A stretch of 26,557 nucleotides of DNA, from positions 1 to 26,557 of the forward strand of contig NIVC01005089.1 of the NCBI GenBank assembly GCA_002269645.1, given 5' to 3'. The notes under the pieces are model-generated. The model was not told where the DNA came from. It worked only from the letters and a program-made list of their open reading frames with translations, and did not search any database. This document shows positions 23,811-26,557 of the stretch, in pieces. Every line of letters starts with the position of its first letter. Position 1 is the first letter of the stretch. The position numbers and the translations under genes were made by a program. This stretch comes from Macrostomum lignano (Eukaryota).

Positions 23811-24272
23811 GACACCCACCCCATCCTCTGCGGCAATTAGAAATCCAGATTTTATTTTTCCTTAGACCCTACACCATCCTCCGCGGCAATTAGACGGCCA
23901 AATTTAATTTCTCGTTAGACCCCACCCCATCCTCCGCGGCAATTAGACAGCCAAATCTAATTTCTCGTTAGACCCCACCCTATCCTCCGCGGCAATTAGA
24001 CGGCCAAATTTAATTTCTCGTTAGACCCACCCCATCCTCCGCGGCAATTAGACAGCCAAATCTAATTTCTCGTTGGACCCCACCCCATCCTCCGCGGCAA
24101 TTAGACAGCCAAATTTAATTTCTTGTTAGACCCCACCCCATCCTCCGCAGCAATTAGACAGCCAAATTTTATTTCTCCTTGGACCCCACCCCATCCTCCG
24201 CGGCAATTAAAAATTGCCAAATTTTATTTCTCCTTAGACCCCACCCCATCCTCCGCGGCAATTAGACAGCCA
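23811..24272. repeat. 53-bp minisatellite, about 9 copies, in the last SEC14-like intron
   Basis: CGGCAATTAG recurs at 23831, 23884, 23937, 23990, 24042 and onward. Confidence 0.95.
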
Positions 24273-24395
24273 CCAACCCTTCCTCCTCTGCCCAAACCCA
24301 ATTCAATCCTAAAGGGGAATGAGAACTTCTCAGACGCCAGAGCTCATGAAAAATGGTTCGCTATGTTTGAACTACTCTAATGGAGGGCGACTCAC

Positions 24396-24568
24396 AGAGG
24401 CCGGCAGTCTCGCACAACAGGGTGCCAACCTCGGGCGCCATGTGCGAGTTGTACCTGGCTGTTGGTAGGACGTGGCGCCGAGTTTTGGCGCCGTTCTGAC
24501 AGGCGTCAGCTGGCGCCACCAGATCGATGCCGAAGGCAATGTCGTAGCCTTTGGTGCTGAACTCGTAC
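24396..24568 (-). CDS. SEC14-like exon (GOLD domain)
   Basis: YEFSTKGYDIAFGIDL...VLPTARYNSHMAPEVGTLLCETAGL matches the family motif RYNSH..PE.G.L.C. Acceptor CGCAG|, donor |GTGAGT, 173 nt, phase 2-1. Confidence 0.92.
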
Positions 24569-24661
24569 CTGCGGGCGGGGCGTGCCTGTAAATTAGGCTG
24601 CGTCCCTCCCAGATCCTAGATTCTTTAGCCCTCCCACATCCCAGACTGGTCACCCTCATAC

Positions 24662-24807
24662 TTGAGCAGCGAGCCGGGCTGCTGCACATCGATCCCGACT
24701 GTCTTCTTCTCGTTGAAGCCGATTTCAATCTCAACGGCGTCGTCACAGCCGACCAGACCTTCGGTGAGGTACAGCTCCTCCGGCACCTTCAGGCCTTGGG
24801 GGCCGAG
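24662..24807 (-). CDS. SEC14-like exon (linker and start of GOLD domain)
   Basis: LGPQGLKVPEELYLTE...VQQPGSLL(K). Acceptor TTCCCGCAG|, donor AA|GTATGA, 146 nt, phase 0-2. Confidence 0.88.
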
Positions 24808-24885
24808 CTGCGGGAATGAAGCAGGTCTGCATGCATGACTTTTAGGTTTGTCATAGAAGCGAATGCCGAGTTTAGTACTAATTTA

Positions 24886-25295
24886 GCCCCATTCCCAGCC
24901 CCATTCCCAGCTCCATTCCCAGCTCCATTCCCAGCCCCATTCCCAGCCCATTCCCAGCTCCATTCCCAGCCCCATTCCCAGCCCCATTCCCAGCCCCATT
25001 CCCAGCCCCATTCCCAACTCCATTCCCAGCTCCATTCCCAGCCCCATTCCCAGCTCCATTCCCAGCTCCATTCCCAACTCCATTCCCAGCTCCATTCCCA
25101 GCCCCATTCCCAGCTCCATTCCCAGCTCCATTCCCAGCCCCATTCCCAGCCCCATTCCCAGCTCCATTCCCAGCCCCATTCCCAGCCCCATTCCCAGCCC
25201 CATTCCCAGCCCCATTCCCAGCTCCATTCCCAGCTCCATTCCCAGCCCCATTCCCAGCTCCATTCCCAGCTCCATTCCCAGCCCCATTCCCAGCT
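24886..25295. repeat. 12-bp minisatellite (CCATTCCCAGCY), about 34 copies
   Basis: Directly visible intronic array. It accounts for the WEWG/HSQP/MGLG ORFs. Confidence 0.97.
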
Positions 25296-25298
25296 CAC

Positions 25299-25405
25299 AA
25301 TGCCTGAGCACATTGGGTCCCCGTTGTCGTCGACCTTGGTGCCACCATAAGCAGCTGGAAACTGATCCTCATCAATGTGCTGGGCGATTACCTTCTGGAA
25401 ATCGC
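25299..25405 (-). CDS. SEC14-like exon (end of CRAL-TRIO domain)
   Basis: (G)DFQKVIAQHIDEDQFPAAYGGTKVDDNGDPMCSGI matches the family motif I..DQ.P..YGGT..D..G.P.C. 107 nt, phase 1-0, canonical sites. Confidence 0.93.
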
Positions 25406-25488
25406 CTGAAACAGATGAAAAAGCGCAGGTTAACTACTTGAAGTAACTGCAAATGAAGCTGCTCAGTATGTACGAGGGAGCAACTCAC

Positions 25489-25572
25489 CGCCTAAAACAA
25501 AGATTTTATTTTTGGTCTCCTCAGCCAGGAACGGACGAAACAGTTTCCACAGAAGAGGGAAGATCGCCGGAG
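25489..25572 (-). CDS. SEC14-like exon (CRAL-TRIO)
   Basis: (A)[27 protein letters not shown] matches the CRAL-TRIO motif AP..F...W....PFL...T..KI..LG. 84 nt, phase 1-1. Confidence 0.93.
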
Positions 25573-25661
25573 CTGAAATATTGTAGTTATTCTCTATTTT
25601 TTGCTTTCCAATTATTATCCGATAGAATACAAAGGTAAAAATAGAAATGCTGAAAACTCAC

Positions 25662-25741
25662 CGTTAACGACAAACATTTTGCCCAACATCTCGGATAGTT
25701 ACTCTCCAGCATCTTGGCAAAGTACGTGTTGATGTCGCGGG
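25662..25741 (-). CDS. SEC14-like exon (CRAL-TRIO NYPE motif) with a 1-nt deletion; upstream exons lie outside the window
   Basis: RDINTYFAKMLESNYP then EMLGKMFVVN(A) are in different frames. 80 nt are observed where 81 are needed. Acceptor CCCCACAAG|, donor G|GTGAGT. Confidence 0.85.
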
Positions 25742-25776
25742 CTTGTGGGGCGAAAAATGAAGGAAATGGCGGTGAG

Positions 25777-26022
25777 CAGGGGCGTAGCCAGGAATTTCCT
25801 ACGGGGGATACACCAAGGTGAATTTTCTACGGGGGGATACACCAAGGTGAATTTTCTACGGGGGGATACACCAAGGTGAATTTTCTACGGGGGATACACC
25901 AAGGTAAAAGTGCTATGACAGAGTGACATGGTAGCATGTATAGCAACAAAGGGCAACGAAAAAGTTTTGGTCAGGCTCTTCGGGCGGGGGATACATCCCC
26001 CCTATCCCCCTCCTACACCCTG
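25777..26022. mobile_element. hAT-type MITE (246 bp) with perfect 8-bp TSD and internal 29-bp repeats
   Basis: TSD GCGGTGAG at 25769-25776 and 26023-26030. Imperfect TIRs CAGGGGCGTAG / CTACACCCTG. Four copies of AATTTTCTACGGGGGGATACACCAAGGTG at about 25793-25905. Confidence 0.88.
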
Positions 26023-26047
26023 GCGGTGAGCTGTACAGCTAATCACC

Positions 26048-26557
26048 ACCACACCCTTATCAGCCCCACACCCTTATCAGCCCCACACCCTTATCAGCCC
26101 CACACCCTTATCAGCCCACACCCTTATCAGCCCCACACCCTCATCAGCACCACACCCTCATCAGCACCACACCCTTATCAGCCCACACCCTTATCAGCCC
26201 ACACCCTTATCAGCCCCATACCCTTATCAGCCCCACACCCTTATCAGCCACACCCTTATCAGCCCCACACCCTCATCAGCACCACACCCTTATCAGCCCA
26301 CACCCTTATCAGCCCCACCCCCTTATCAGCCCCACACCCTTATCAGCCCCACACCCTCATCAGCACCACACCCTTATCAGCCCCACACCCTTATCAGCCC
26401 CACACCCTTATCAGCACCATACCCTTATCAGCCCACACCCTTATCAGCCACAACCCTTATCAGCCCCATACCCCTATCAGCCCACACCCTTATCAGCCCC
26501 ACACCCTTATCAGCCCCACACCCTTATCAGCACCATACCCTTATCAGCCCCACACCC
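26048..26557. repeat. 16/17-bp minisatellite (CCCCACACCCTTATCAG), about 30 copies, runs off the window
   Basis: Directly visible, inside a SEC14-like intron. Confidence 0.97.

Noticed and set aside
17152-24272. 28-, 34- and 53-bp arrays as CRISPR-like repeats
   Set aside because: They are head-to-tail repeats with no unique spacers, in a spliced eukaryotic context with no cas genes.
24586-24587. Alternative acceptor TTTACAG on the - strand, 17 nt upstream of the chosen one
   Set aside because: It shifts the frame and loses the GOLD-domain match.
24569-24661. Intron whose start (GTATGAG) mimics the next exon's start (GTACGAG), suggesting recent origin by duplication
   Set aside because: From memory, vertebrate SEC14L2-type genes have a phase-2 intron at the equivalent position and similar neighbouring exon sizes (84, 107 nt), so it is probably ancestral. 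This needs an alignment to confirm.

Overview
Eukaryotic (invertebrate animal) genomic DNA, rich in tandem repeats. The style (GC-rich poly-Q/poly-A exons, a minisatellite in almost every large intron, a multi-kb GATA tract) is reminiscent of the flatworm Macrostomum, but that is inference only. There are two convergent protein-coding genes. (1) A complete five-exon SoxD-group (Sox5/6/13-like) HMG-box transcription factor on the + strand: CDS 9172-9582, 16415-16681, 16782-17083, 17850-18850, 19352-19782. All splice phases are compatible, giving about 803 aa with an MSSKR start, a short coiled coil, a PLNLS CtBP motif and a diagnostic SoxD HMG box. (2) The last six exons of a SEC14L2/3/4-like CRAL-TRIO + GOLD lipid-transfer gene on the - strand (25741 down to 23536), carrying a 1-nt deletion in the NYPE motif. 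The rest is upstream regulatory DNA, about 15 micro/minisatellites and two hAT-type non-autonomous elements. Almost all long ORFs in the supplied track are artefacts of repeats. The most interesting leads are a minisatellite of nine perfect AACAATG Sox sites at the start of SoxD intron 1, Sox-site clusters upstream, a possible 6-nt micro-exon or truncating acceptor, a possible internal promoter, and a UGUA-rich 3'UTR repeat. All are hypotheses. I found no clear new multi-gene system, no RNA gene and no CRISPR array.
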